Below are positions 27,085 to 36,515 of a stretch of DNA of 57,883 nucleotides, in pieces; positions within the stretch are counted from its first letter, which is position 1, and every line of letters begins with the position of its first letter. Location of the stretch: the IMG/VR virus record IMGVR_UViG_3300048631_000350, positions 1 through 57,883 of that record; one strand, 5' to 3'. The translations under genes were made by a program, and so were the position numbers. The notes below the pieces were generated by a model. It saw nothing but the letters and a program-made list of their open reading frames with translations. It was not told where the DNA came from and did not search any database. This stretch comes from a virus. Its lineage: Duplodnaviria > Caudoviricetes.

Positions 27085-28686
27085 CTAGGTGTGTGCGGCC
27101 CAGTTTCCGCGACGGGCGGCTGGGCGGCTTTTGGCAAAATCGCTGCGCACGCTGCGCTTGAATATGTCAGCCCGGGCCAGCGTCTCCAGCGCCTTGGCAC
27201 CGTGAGAGGCCCAATCATGGCGGGGCCGGTCTTTATAAACGCCCCGTTTCTCGTCCCATTCCTTGCGGTAGTTGTCGAGGCACAGCACGCCTTGTTCGCA
27301 TGTCTGCTCATTGATCCAGCAGGATGGGAGAAACTGGCGCACGGCCTGCACGCCCTCGGCGTGGTTGCTGATTCTCGGGATGGTTTCAAACCGGATGCCG
27401 AACTGCTTGGCGACATCAGAACGGGAAAGCCCGGTACCGAGCTCTCGCACAGCCAGATCGTGCGGGCCGAAGTGCCCGCCGTAGCGGTAGCCCTTTTTGT
27501 TCAGCTGGTCGGCGTAGTACTCAATGCCTTCGCCTTCGCCTTCCAGGTAATCCACCAGGTGGACTTCCCGGCCGACAAGTTGGGCGAACCAGATGGCCAT
27601 GGTGTCATTCATACCCAGATCCCAGCCGGTAAACACCGGCAGGCTCGGGTTAACCTGCACCTCCGTGGTCAGGCGCTTGTTCTTGCGCAGGAATCGCATC
27701 TGAGTGGCGTAGTACGCACCCTCGACAGACTGAGCGAACGCCTCATCCGGCGTGGATGGATACTCGCGCTGCATGTCGTCCTGCAGAACCTGGGCTTTTT
27801 TCGCATACCAGGCCTGCTGCCCGGGCGTGGTCGTAATGCCGTGCTTGGCTTGCAGATCCTCGAAATACTCCTGCAGCCGAATCGGCACCATGACCGTGGC
27901 CGGGTCCATGGTGTAAGCAGGCTCCTGCCACCACGGGAAGAAATGAAACTGAAAATCCAGATCGGTCAGCGGCCGCTGCAATTCCTGCAGGTGCTGGGCG
28001 TGCTGGCAGTAATCGAAAAAGTACCCTTCCCGGCCCTCGGCGGTAGACTCCAGGGTGATCTGGTTACCCAGACCGACCGCCTCAAAAGCACCGGTGACAA
28101 TCTCTTGAGCCTTGTGCGGGAACTGTTTGCAGATCTTCCCGAACTCCGAGACATGCAGCCGTTGCAAGGTGCCGCCCCGGTAACTGGTGCTGACCTTGAT
28201 ACTGGAGCCGTTGTCGAACACGTAGGCGCCGGATCCGGTCTTGTCGCTGGCCGGTCTCGGCAGGTGCAGGCCAATGCGCTCGAAAATGCCCAGCCACGCC
28301 TCCGGAATGTTCTCGTAAGCAAAGGTGATTTTGTTCCGGAAGATGTCCTGCGCGTCGTCAAGCTTGTGACAGATACAGCCCGCGGCGTAGTTCTCGATGA
28401 ACAGGCAATCATCCAGGGCGTCGATCATTTCAAAGGTGGTAAACCCGAGCTGGCGCGCCTTCAGGATGATGTTTCGGGAATGGCCGTTGATGTACCGGTC
28501 GCGCTGCGCCTGATTCGGGCGAAACTTGATCTTCTTCCCGTGCTTGTCCTTGATGTAGTACAGGGTGTTAATCCTGAACCACTTGATGGCCAGCGCTTCA
28601 ACCAGGTGCGCCTTTTCCGTGAGCTCTCCTTGCTCCAGGGCGATCAGATAGGCTTCCCCCAATCTGACCTCGGCGGCGCGGTTCAT
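27085..28686 (-). CDS. terL: Terminase large subunit
   Basis: ILKARQLGFTT Walker A, LHVSE Walker B, LESTAEG coupling motif, WDLG nuclease motif. Confidence 0.95.
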   Translation of the reverse strand: MNRAAEVRLGEAYLIALEQGELTEKAHLVEALAIKWFRINTLYYIKDKHGKKIKFRPNQAQRDRYINGHSRNIILKARQLGFTTFEMIDALDDCLFIENYAAGCICHKLDDAQDIFRNKITFAYENIPEAWLGIFERIGLHLPRPASDKTGSGAYVFDNGSSIKVSTSYRGGTLQRLHVSEFGKICKQFPHKAQEIVTGAFEAVGLGNQITLESTAEGREGYFFDYCQHAQHLQELQRPLTDLDFQFHFFPWWQEPAYTMDPATVMVPIRLQEYFEDLQAKHGITTTPGQQAWYAKKAQVLQDDMQREYPSTPDEAFAQSVEGAYYATQMRFLRKNKRLTTEVQVNPSLPVFTGWDLGMNDTMAIWFAQLVGREVHLVDYLEGEGEGIEYYADQLNKKGYRYGGHFGPHDLAVRELGTGLSRSDVAKQFGIRFETIPRISNHAEGVQAVRQFLPSCWINEQTCEQGVLCLDNYRKEWDEKRGVYKDRPRHDWASHGAKALETLARADIFKRSVRSDFAKSRPAARRGNWAAHT

Positions 28687-29234
28687 TACTGGCCACGCAC
28701 CTCGGCAATCAATTCTGCGAGGGTCTTGGCCTTCTGGGCGTTATCCTTCTCATACCCGCCCAGATGCTTCATCAGCTTTTCCAGGGCGCTGTTCTTGTCC
28801 GCAATCTTGTACTCGGTAATGGTCGCCAGTTCGCCATCCTCGCCGATGGGTATCTGGCGCACCTTGATACCGGCAATGACGGCGGCCACATCGTCGTCCA
28901 GCTCCTGAATCGGAATCGGAATCCCCTTGTTATTGAACAGGCGACGAGCATCAAACAGGCCAATGCGGGCAATCTCTTTCAGTACCCGGCCCTGCGTGAC
29001 ATCGGCTTCTTCGGCTACGGCGTCGGTTTTCTCTTGCAGGTAGGCCTTGGTGTACGGGTGATTAAAATACTCGCTACCCATGGCCTCGCACACTTTCTTG
29101 CTGGCGCGCGGGTGCAGTGCGCCGTAACACTTGGCAGCATCCCCGCGCACTTCATCCGGGCCACCACGGTACAGGTCTGCGAACTCCCGCAGCTTGGCTT
29201 TGGTGGATTCTCTCGGGTTCTCAGCAAGGGCCAT
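28686..29234 (-). CDS. terS: Terminase small subunit
   Basis: RVLKEIARIG...DKNSALEKLMKHLG; directly upstream of terL. Confidence 0.85.
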   Translation of the reverse strand: MALAENPRESTKAKLREFADLYRGGPDEVRGDAAKCYGALHPRASKKVCEAMGSEYFNHPYTKAYLQEKTDAVAEEADVTQGRVLKEIARIGLFDARRLFNNKGIPIPIQELDDDVAAVIAGIKVRQIPIGEDGELATITEYKIADKNSALEKLMKHLGGYEKDNAQKAKTLAELIAEVRGQ

Positions 29235-31240
29235 CAGTGCATCCGGTCAATCAAAATCATCAGAATCTGGAAAACGGCGGTGCGGTAGCCGGTCGTGGTG
29301 ATCTGCAGTTGCAGTGGCACCGCCTCGCCTTCTTCCATCGGGTTGGCGCGCAGCCAGACCTTTACGCGGTCTTGTCCGACAACCTGGCCAATGGCGACCA
29401 CATCCAGAGACTCGGAGCCTTCGGTGGCCACCCAGGAGCCCTGGGCGATGTCGTCACCTTCCAGCGTCAGCCAGTCGGTCAGGTCGAAATCGAAATCCAT
29501 CACCTCGCCCGCTTGCAGCACAAACGTCTTGGCGAAGTCAGATGGCATTGCTGGACGGCGAACCACGGCGGTGCGGCGTACCGGCGCCGGGTTATCGAAC
29601 GGGTAATTGGTGGCGGGCAGAACCGTCACGATTCGGGTGGCGGTACCGGTGTTGCCGGTGCTGTCCGACACCGTGTAAGTGATCGGGTAACTGCCAGCCT
29701 TGGAGGTATCCACGGAGCCTGTTGCCACCACCTGGGCGGTCAGATCGCCATCCACGTTATCCGTGGCGGTGTATCCCGGCTCAGACCAGGTGTCACCAAC
29801 GGTCAGCGTCAGGTTGCCACCGGTCAGCGAGATTACTGGCGCAGTCGTGTCGTCCGGCACAAACTCAACCACCGTCACTGTACGGGTGGTGCTGGTGCTG
29901 TTACCGGCCGCATCCTCGACGTAATAGGTCAGGGTTTGCTCGCCCAACTGGTTCTCGTTGATCGAACCAGTAACCTGCACCTGCAGGGTCAAATCGCCGT
30001 CTGCGTTGTCGCTCGCGGTATAGCCGGGTTCCGAATACGGCGTGCCCTGCACCAGTTCAATATTGCCGCCAATCAGCGAAATGGTCGGCTTGACGGTATC
30101 GGCCAGGGTGGTGGTGCTGAATGCCCCGCTCTGACTATTGCCAGTCGGGCCGAGCGTCAGCGTTGTGGTCTTGGTGGTGCCGTAGGTGCTGGCCGACATG
30201 TGGCGCACGCGGATCTGGTGATTCAGGCGCACATTGCCGGGGTCAGTTGTCCATAGGCCCCAATTTGCACCAGCATCGGTAGACACCGAATATTCGCCGT
30301 TCTCGACGGATACCGGAATATCAATGCCCGCATCCACCTCAGTAACCGTAATCACATTGGAGGCCTGGTACAGATCCCGGGCAACACCGGTCAGCGCATT
30401 GAAGGCGAACGCGGCAGGCTTGGTGTCCTGCGCACCCGCAAGGCCGGTAGTATCAATGGTCAGGTAATAGGTCGTGCCATCCAGGGCCACGAATCGAACC
30501 GGAATCACCGCTTCCAGATCGGTGGCAAAGTTGCCGTACTGGTCAAAGGCGCCAGCGGAACTCTGGGTAATCAACTGCTCCCCGGCCACCGGTTGGCGGC
30601 TCCAGTTCTGGAACAGGTACGGCTCAATGGGCTCAACCAGGGTTGCCAGCGCACGGCTGCTGCCCACAATGTAATTGCCGCTCACGCTCGCCACCTGGCG
30701 CGTAGCCACCGCAGCCGACACCAGTACGTTGGACTGATTGCTGGATGAGTCAACGTGCACGAAATGGACGTAATAGCTGTTACCGAGCGCAAGGCCGGTG
30801 AAGCTGACCGATTGCGTGCCCGTGGCGCTCACCGCCTGGCTGGTGCCGTTAGCAATGATGTCCGGCGCGGTCTCCGTGGCACTCGTTGAAATCAGCACAT
30901 ACAGCGTGCCGTTGGCTTCGTCGGTATCGACCGTGGCATCAATGGCATCGGCTGCGCTGCGGGTGGCGGTCACATTGGACAAAATCGGCGCCACTGCATC
31001 CGGGGAGCCGATCAGGTAACTGACTGCCTCGGTAGAGCCGTTCGCCTGCACATGCCGCAACGTGTAGTTGCCGTCAGCGCCGGTCACCACACCATCATTA
31101 GCAACCGTCAGCGGGTCCGGGTACTCGATCTGATCCCCGGTCACCGGAGTGGTGGCAAACGACGCATCGCCTGCCCAGCCGGTCAGGCTGAGAAACAACC
31201 GACCGCTTACCGGAATGTAGTTACCCGCTGCAATCGCCAT
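29234..31240 (-). CDS. Ig-like (two DUF5011-type) domain virion decoration/fibre protein
   Basis: Two repeats of P.ISL.GGN.....G..(Y/W)SEPGYTA.DN.DGDLT; C-terminal DFDFDLTDWL adaptor-like domain. Confidence 0.75.
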   Translation of the reverse strand: MAIAAGNYIPVSGRLFLSLTGWAGDASFATTPVTGDQIEYPDPLTVANDGVVTGADGNYTLRHVQANGSTEAVSYLIGSPDAVAPILSNVTATRSAADAIDATVDTDEANGTLYVLISTSATETAPDIIANGTSQAVSATGTQSVSFTGLALGNSYYVHFVHVDSSSNQSNVLVSAAVATRQVASVSGNYIVGSSRALATLVEPIEPYLFQNWSRQPVAGEQLITQSSAGAFDQYGNFATDLEAVIPVRFVALDGTTYYLTIDTTGLAGAQDTKPAAFAFNALTGVARDLYQASNVITVTEVDAGIDIPVSVENGEYSVSTDAGANWGLWTTDPGNVRLNHQIRVRHMSASTYGTTKTTTLTLGPTGNSQSGAFSTTTLADTVKPTISLIGGNIELVQGTPYSEPGYTASDNADGDLTLQVQVTGSINENQLGEQTLTYYVEDAAGNSTSTTRTVTVVEFVPDDTTAPVISLTGGNLTLTVGDTWSEPGYTATDNVDGDLTAQVVATGSVDTSKAGSYPITYTVSDSTGNTGTATRIVTVLPATNYPFDNPAPVRRTAVVRRPAMPSDFAKTFVLQAGEVMDFDFDLTDWLTLEGDDIAQGSWVATEGSESLDVVAIGQVVGQDRVKVWLRANPMEEGEAVPLQLQITTTGYRTAVFQILMILIDRMH

Positions 31241-32088
31241 CAGGTGCCCAGCTCCACAGTGACGTTACCGAACAACAGGCCCTGTGCAGTGCCTGAACTT
31301 GGAAGGCTCGGCATGGTGCCGGTTGCGGTACCGGTGCCGTCGCCGTTGTCGTTGATCGTGACCGGCACGGTGATGCTGTTGTTGTTGCTGTCAGTGATGG
31401 TGACCGGGCTCACCGGTACAGCGTCATAATTGCTGTAGTTCAGGGTGAAGCTGGCGCCGGGCTGGAGGTCGTTGGCCAGGGTGACAGCGGGCGGCTGCGC
31501 GCCCCAGGCGACGGCGACATCCGTAAACCCGACCATCGTGCCGTTGTTGCCGAGAGCGCCAGTGTCGTTGATCGCAGTACCAGCGCCCTCGTCAAGCAGG
31601 TAGACGCTTGAGTTGGCCGGGGCGGCGAGATCCGTCAGTTTTACGGAGTGCAAGATGGCGCCAGTAGGCAGAAACTCGGAATTTCCGCCGCGACTACCGA
31701 GGTGCGTTACGGTGAAATCGACGAACTCCTTACCGGCATCGAGGCTCAGCGTCTCACTTGGCGTGACCTCGTCATCATGGTAAATCTCGATGGCTGTACT
31801 GCTAACCACGCGAGCCCGAATCTTCTTGGTAACCTGATAAACGGGCGTGACAGATAGCACCTTGAACTGGACGCTAGAGGATGGGCCTTCGTAGTTAATC
31901 CAATGGTTTCCGTTACCGATTCGGATCGAGCCTTTGTTGTCGTTCTTGCCGATCAGCGAACCAAAGACGTTGTATGCCTGTTCGCCCGGGAACTCGAACT
32001 CAACCTCAACCTCAAAGTTAAACGGATCTGTCGGCGACCATGGCGCCGCAAGGGCGACTGTTCCCGCTCCATCAAAGTGTAGGGACAT
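31240..32088 (-). CDS. Beta-rich (LamG/ConA-like) putative fibre protein
   Basis: MSLHFDG start and YLLDEGAGTAINDT..GNNGT motif. Confidence 0.55.
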   Translation of the reverse strand: MSLHFDGAGTVALAAPWSPTDPFNFEVEVEFEFPGEQAYNVFGSLIGKNDNKGSIRIGNGNHWINYEGPSSSVQFKVLSVTPVYQVTKKIRARVVSSTAIEIYHDDEVTPSETLSLDAGKEFVDFTVTHLGSRGGNSEFLPTGAILHSVKLTDLAAPANSSVYLLDEGAGTAINDTGALGNNGTMVGFTDVAVAWGAQPPAVTLANDLQPGASFTLNYSNYDAVPVSPVTITDSNNNSITVPVTINDNGDGTGTATGTMPSLPSSGTAQGLLFGNVTVELGT

Positions 32089-33251
32089 TAAACAGCCTCC
32101 CGAATCAGGAATCCTTGGGTGTATTGGGTGTCGTCGTTGACTGCGAACGCATAAACCGGATCAGAGGCCTGCAGATTCCCTTCTTCTACCTGAATCTCGA
32201 TGCCGGTACTGGTGCGCGTAACCTGGCGCTGAATGACCAGCTTGGTGCACGCATCCATCGTCGGGGCGTTGCCGAGCTCTACCCGCTCAGGGGTGTCGTT
32301 CACATAGATGCAATCGGCCCAAACCTTCAGATTCGGGATGCCCAACTGGTAAAACGGGAGCGTTGCGTTTAGGAAATCAAAGCGCTCAAGGGCGGCCACA
32401 CCGCCATAAGAGTCTGTATAGGGAATCGTGGCAGGACAGAAGAACGAAAGTATATCTGTCTCAAGGGATGGATCGGTGTAATCCCGGTTCGTAGGGATCT
32501 GCCGGTTCGCCAAGTGGTCGATGATTCGCGCAAACCGCTGGCCATTTGACCCATCGATAGGATCAGGTAGCCGGGCGAACAACATGTGCCGGTTCCACTT
32601 TCTGTCCATTTCATCGCGGACAGAGTTTCGCGCCCAGCCACCACCGTGAACGGGGTCCGGGAATTCTCCCGCGTAATTCCCTCCAAAGCCGTCAATACGG
32701 AATCCTGGATCAACGCCGTTATTGAAGCTGGCCAGTTGATGGACGGCCTCGGGAGCACCTCCGTGGGCGCCCTCTCTACTGAGAAGACGCATGAATTTTA
32801 TCTGGGGGCCTACGTTGGTGTTGTCCCAACTGCTAAGGTCGGCATATATCTCTGCTGACAGAAACAAGGCTTTGGAGCGCTGCGGCAATCTTATGGTGTG
32901 TCGGGTGACTCCAGAATTCCCCGCAAAGTCTGCCAAGAGCGATACGCCGGATTTCCCGAACGACCGAGTGTTGTCGTGGGTGTAGCCGGTACCACTGGTC
33001 TCCCCTGAGAAGCCGACAATCGCATCATCTACCTGGCCGAGTTTGGCGGCATCGCCCGTGATATAGGCGATCTGTCCGTTGCGCTTAGCGCTAAATGAAC
33101 CGGACAGATTAATACTATTGCCCTGGCCAAATGACCCGCTAACAGCCGTGATTGCCGGCACCCCACCAATGATAACGCCGCCGCCACTATCACCCCTTGA
33201 GCCACTCCTGAGATCGGATCGAGTGGCAATCTTCGGGCTTTCGTTCGCCAT
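32088..33251 (-). CDS. Beta-rich putative glycan-binding protein
   Basis: Long ORF coupled to the fibre genes; DCIYVNDTPERVELGNAPT motif; start uncertain (33251 or 33308). Confidence 0.5.
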   Translation of the reverse strand: MANESPKIATRSDLRSGSRGDSGGGVIIGGVPAITAVSGSFGQGNSINLSGSFSAKRNGQIAYITGDAAKLGQVDDAIVGFSGETSGTGYTHDNTRSFGKSGVSLLADFAGNSGVTRHTIRLPQRSKALFLSAEIYADLSSWDNTNVGPQIKFMRLLSREGAHGGAPEAVHQLASFNNGVDPGFRIDGFGGNYAGEFPDPVHGGGWARNSVRDEMDRKWNRHMLFARLPDPIDGSNGQRFARIIDHLANRQIPTNRDYTDPSLETDILSFFCPATIPYTDSYGGVAALERFDFLNATLPFYQLGIPNLKVWADCIYVNDTPERVELGNAPTMDACTKLVIQRQVTRTSTGIEIQVEEGNLQASDPVYAFAVNDDTQYTQGFLIREAV

Positions 33252-33309
33252 TCGCGTCTCAGGCGTTAGATTCGAAATGACGATATTTGCTGGCATTCGC
33301 GGCACCATG

Positions 33310-33393
33310 CGTCAGGTTTCTTAACACTTTCAGCTAAACCAAGCGGATCTAACGTTATCTATCAATTCGTTAGCAAATGGCACGAAAGGTGCT
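33310..33393 (+). promoter_or_regulatory. Sigma54-type promoter with IHF site and candidate enhancer
   Basis: TGGCACGAAAGGTGCT (33378-33393; GG-N10-GC); TATCAATTCGTTA (33360-33372) fits WATCAANNNNTTR; imperfect dyad CGTCAGGTTTCTTAACA (33310-33326). Confidence 0.65.
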
Positions 33394-33427
33394 TCGATTT
33401 TGGTTTTGCTGAAAACGGAGATTCGGG

Positions 33428-34192
33428 ATGATTGGAGCATTTGTTCTCGGCGCACTCTCGCGCGCCCCTGAAGAAGATGACTACAACAAGGCTGTTCCGA
33501 GCCTTGATATCAGCACCGCCCTTTCAACGATGACATCGGAATTCCCGGACCTAGAATCCATCGTAGAAGGCCGCAGCGTGCTCGACTTTGGGTGCGGAGC
33601 CGGACGCCAGTCCGTTGCGCTCGCGAAAAATTTGGGCGCACAGGTGACCGGTGTTGATACAAATAGTCAAATTCTGAAAGATGCGATTGCCCTCGCAAGC
33701 ACTCACAACCTGGCTCTTGATACCTGCCGATTCACCGAAAGCTTGGGCGATTCTCGATACGATGTGATCATTACCCAGAACGCCATGGAGCACTTCCCTA
33801 ACCCGGCAGCCATCCTTCAGACGATGAAGGAGCACCTGAAGCCGGGCGGCCAGATTCTTGTTACCTTTTCCCCGCCCTGGTTCGCTCCATACGGACACCA
33901 CATGCACTTTTTCTGTAAATTGCCGTGGTTGAATCTTATGTTCAGCGAGAAAACCGTAATGAAAGTTCGCGCCAGGTACCGGAGCGATGGGGCTACTCGC
34001 TATACCGAAGTCGAATCCGGACTAAACAAAATGACGCTCGCCAAGTTTGAGCGCCTTGTTCGGGAGTCAGGATTAAAGGTTGCCCGTAAACATTACCGGG
34101 GGGTAAAAGGTCTCGATTTCTTGACCAAGATCCCGGTCATCAGGGAGTTGTTCACAAACCGCGTAACCTGCGTATTACGACTTAAAGCCTAA
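33428..34192 (+). CDS. Class I SAM-dependent methyltransferase (moron)
   Basis: VLDFGCGAG, GVD, YDVII...MEH and LKPGG motifs; antisense to the late operon. Confidence 0.9.
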   Translation: MIGAFVLGALSRAPEEDDYNKAVPSLDISTALSTMTSEFPDLESIVEGRSVLDFGCGAGRQSVALAKNLGAQVTGVDTNSQILKDAIALASTHNLALDTCRFTESLGDSRYDVIITQNAMEHFPNPAAILQTMKEHLKPGGQILVTFSPPWFAPYGHHMHFFCKLPWLNLMFSEKTVMKVRARYRSDGATRYTEVESGLNKMTLAKFERLVRESGLKVARKHYRGVKGLDFLTKIPVIRELFTNRVTCVLRLKA

Positions 34193-34474
34193 CTACTTGG
34201 CGCCGGCGTCTTTCTCGGACTCAAGTTGCATGCGTAGCGTGTGAAACTCTTGGTCTCGACGATCCCGCCGGCGCTGGAAATACAGGCTGGTGAAGTAGGT
34301 GGCGGCGACGAAGATCAAACCGCCGGCCGCCAGGATCTCGTTCTTCGTCCAGGTGCCGCCGAACGCGGCGAGCAACCCGGAGACGTAGGACACGCCGGTA
34401 GAACCGGTCTCGACTTTCAGTTGTGCAGCAGAAACGGGCAGGTTCTCGATTGCGGCTTTCAAATTCACCATCAC
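34193..34474 (-). CDS. Holin (class II-like)
   Basis: Two hydrophobic segments and a basic tail YFQRRRDRR; in the lysis cassette. Confidence 0.7.
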   Translation of the reverse strand: MMVNLKAAIENLPVSAAQLKVETGSTGVSYVSGLLAAFGGTWTKNEILAAGGLIFVAATYFTSLYFQRRRDRRDQEFHTLRMQLESEKDAGAK

Positions 34475-34938
34475 CCCTTATTCACGCTCTGCGTAAAGCG
34501 CCCGGTGACCGCCTTGGCGATGTCACCCATGTGGGGAGCGGCGAAGTAGAAGGCTAGAATCAGCATGACAGCCGGGTTCATATCCACGGCGGCACTGTCG
34601 GCAATCTCGCCTATCGCACGAACCTTCTCGGCTGTGACGGCGCCCGTGTCATTGACGAACAGGGCAACCATGCCAGCAAGCACCGATAGCAGGTACATGC
34701 CGAGCCAGGTGCCAGTAATGGCCAGCGCAATCAGCCGTCGCGCCAGGTTCTGCCCCTGAGTTGAAGCCATCCACTGCACGACCATCTTCCGCGCTTCGGA
34801 GCGATCCGCCGCCGCTTCCTTGGCCCTTTCCTCGTCGGTGTAGATCAGCGCATCAAGGCCGTTGGTCACACCGTCCACGATGCCGCCCAGCGCCTTTTCG
34901 GTGCCGAACAGTTTTCCGAAAAAGCTGCCGATACCCAT
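34471..34938 (-). CDS. 3TM-holin-like membrane protein
   Basis: YTDEER motif, hydrophobic helices, LILAFYF; follows the endolysin. Confidence 0.65.
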   Translation of the reverse strand: MGIGSFFGKLFGTEKALGGIVDGVTNGLDALIYTDEERAKEAAADRSEARKMVVQWMASTQGQNLARRLIALAITGTWLGMYLLSVLAGMVALFVNDTGAVTAEKVRAIGEIADSAAVDMNPAVMLILAFYFAAPHMGDIAKAVTGRFTQSVNKG

Positions 34939-34948
34939 AGGCACTCCG

Positions 34949-35494
34949 TTACAGTCCGACCCGGTGTGAAAACCAGCCGAACACAAAGGATTCATTTCTC
35001 TCGCGGGCTTCCGCGATCTCGATGTAGCGCGCGCCTTGCAGGCAGTTCAGCGCCTTGAGCAATACTCGTTCACCTTCGTGCTGGCGACGGTCGAGGTAAT
35101 CTTTCAGTGCGCCCAGAGTGCCGTTGCCAATCACGCCATCCACCACCAGGTCGCTGTAGTGCGTGCCCTGGCTGTTCAATGCGTTCAGGCTGCGCTGCAG
35201 GAACTTACCTGCCCAGGCAATGCCCATATTGACGCCGGTATCCAGCAGTTCCTCGGCAACCTTCTGGCTCAGCATGGCCACCCGGTCGAAATTCGGAGCG
35301 GTCCAGTACTGATCCTTGTAGATGGCAACGGCGAGCGTCTTCGGCATGTGCGACATAGGGCCGTCGAACTTGTGCAGGCGCGCCACCTTCTCGGTGATGC
35401 CGTACATGGTAGGGCCGCCCTTGTCGTCTGCGTGATCAACATAAGCGCCTTCGCGCTCAATCAAGTCATCGATGATTTGAGTGAGTCGGCGCAT
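34949..35494 (-). CDS. Endolysin, glycoside hydrolase family 108 with PG-binding domain
   Basis: EGAYVDHADDKGGPTMYGIT, DTGVNMG and VDGVIGNGT motifs. Confidence 0.92.
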   Translation of the reverse strand: MRRLTQIIDDLIEREGAYVDHADDKGGPTMYGITEKVARLHKFDGPMSHMPKTLAVAIYKDQYWTAPNFDRVAMLSQKVAEELLDTGVNMGIAWAGKFLQRSLNALNSQGTHYSDLVVDGVIGNGTLGALKDYLDRRQHEGERVLLKALNCLQGARYIEIAEARERNESFVFGWFSHRVGL

Positions 35495-35512
35495 GGGCTG
35501 GCCTCCAGAAAT

Positions 35513-35536
35513 AAAAAAAGCCACCGCAAGGGTGGC
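35513..35536 (-). terminator. Intrinsic terminator before the endolysin
   Basis: GCCACC-CTTGC-GGTGGC followed by T7. Confidence 0.75.
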
Positions 35537-35568
35537 AGGGGTCTGCTGGCGCGCAGATCGTCAGGTAT

Positions 35569-35784
35569 TCAGGCTTTCGTGAAATCCACGTAGAACTCAG
35601 TGCCAGGAACAAACTGCTTGGCAGCTTCCTCGTTAATCGTCCCGATCTCGATCGCCCCGAAAGGCGTGTAATGGAAAAAGCTGTCGTTTTCCTTGCTGCC
35701 CGCTGTGACAGGACTCAGCTTTACGCTGTTGCCATGCTCAAACTTAGTAACACTCTCAACTCGGAACTTTGCGCGGACGGACAT
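35569..35784 (-). CDS. Conserved 71-aa phage protein
   Basis: VRAKF...EN..F...TP.G.I...N...F.PG.EFYVDF pattern; GAGG RBS. Confidence 0.75.
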   Translation of the reverse strand: MSVRAKFRVESVTKFEHGNSVKLSPVTAGSKENDSFFHYTPFGAIEIGTINEEAAKQFVPGTEFYVDFTKA

Positions 35785-35812
35785 TGGCGGGCCTCACTTT
35801 GATTTCGGGCAC

Positions 35813-35845
35813 AAAAAAACCGCCAGCTCTTTCGAGGGCGGTTTC
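35813..35845 (-). terminator. tR'-like terminator
   Basis: AACCGCC...GGCGGTTTTTTT just downstream of the late promoter. Confidence 0.75.
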
Positions 35846-35873
35846 TCTGGGGGAACTCTTGGATTCTGGGAAA

Positions 35874-35902
35874 ATTAAAGCATTAACCGCGCAATGAGTC
35901 AA
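35874..35902 (-). promoter_or_regulatory. Late promoter pR'
   Basis: TTGACT-17 bp-TTTAAT upstream of a terminator and the lysis genes, downstream of Q. Confidence 0.7.
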
Positions 35903-36504
35903 ACATTCAGTTTGTCTGACAAGCAGGAAGCGTCCGCGTGCATTAGCACAGATTCAGCCATACCCTTCAGGGCCCGCTCAACTCGCTCTTTGTGAGACGG
36001 CACATAACCCTCTGGCACGTACTTGGCAAAGTCCTGCGCTTTAATATCGTCGATGCACTGATTGATTTCGCTCGAGAGCTTGAACCATTCTCCGTGCATG
36101 CGGTCTTCCGCAAACCTTTCATGTAAGACTGTTTCGATTTCAGGGCGACCAAAGACCACCGCAAACAGCTTAACCGGCACTGGGGCTCCATTCCTCAACG
36201 ACATCATTCGATGTTTGAGGCGGCACGTTCTCCCAATCTTTATGACGCCATGTTCCCGGCTGCCCACAAAATAGATCCACGTCCATTCCGGGAATGTGTG
36301 CACGTCATGCTTCATATGGAATAGCGGATCTAGTCCTATTTGCGCATAGAAATCACGTTCAGCCTTCTGCTTGTGACGCTCGCAGACCACAAGGCCATCC
36401 ACCTGTTTCCCTTTGCACCCAGGCAATTTGCAAATGCCGTCATAATGCTCGCGCTTTGGGCCCAACATTGCTTCTATCGGATTCACGCGTTGCGCCTTAC
36501 CCAT
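35899..36504 (-). CDS. GIY-YIG-like (T5orf172/MUG113) domain protein
   Basis: WIYFV...IKIGRT...E..LH.RF...R..GEWF. Confidence 0.8.
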   Translation of the reverse strand: MGKAQRVNPIEAMLGPKREHYDGICKLPGCKGKQVDGLVVCERHKQKAERDFYAQIGLDPLFHMKHDVHTFPEWTWIYFVGSREHGVIKIGRTCRLKHRMMSLRNGAPVPVKLFAVVFGRPEIETVLHERFAEDRMHGEWFKLSSEINQCIDDIKAQDFAKYVPEGYVPSHKERVERALKGMAESVLMHADASCLSDKLNV

Positions 36505-36515
36505 AAAACCCCCTG

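Noticed and set aside
3483-30256. Many long plus-strand ORFs opposite the late genes (e.g. 27091-28908, 21207-22355, 22982-24181, 8003-9109)
   Set aside because: Antisense shadows of high-GC coding genes, with no recognisable motifs
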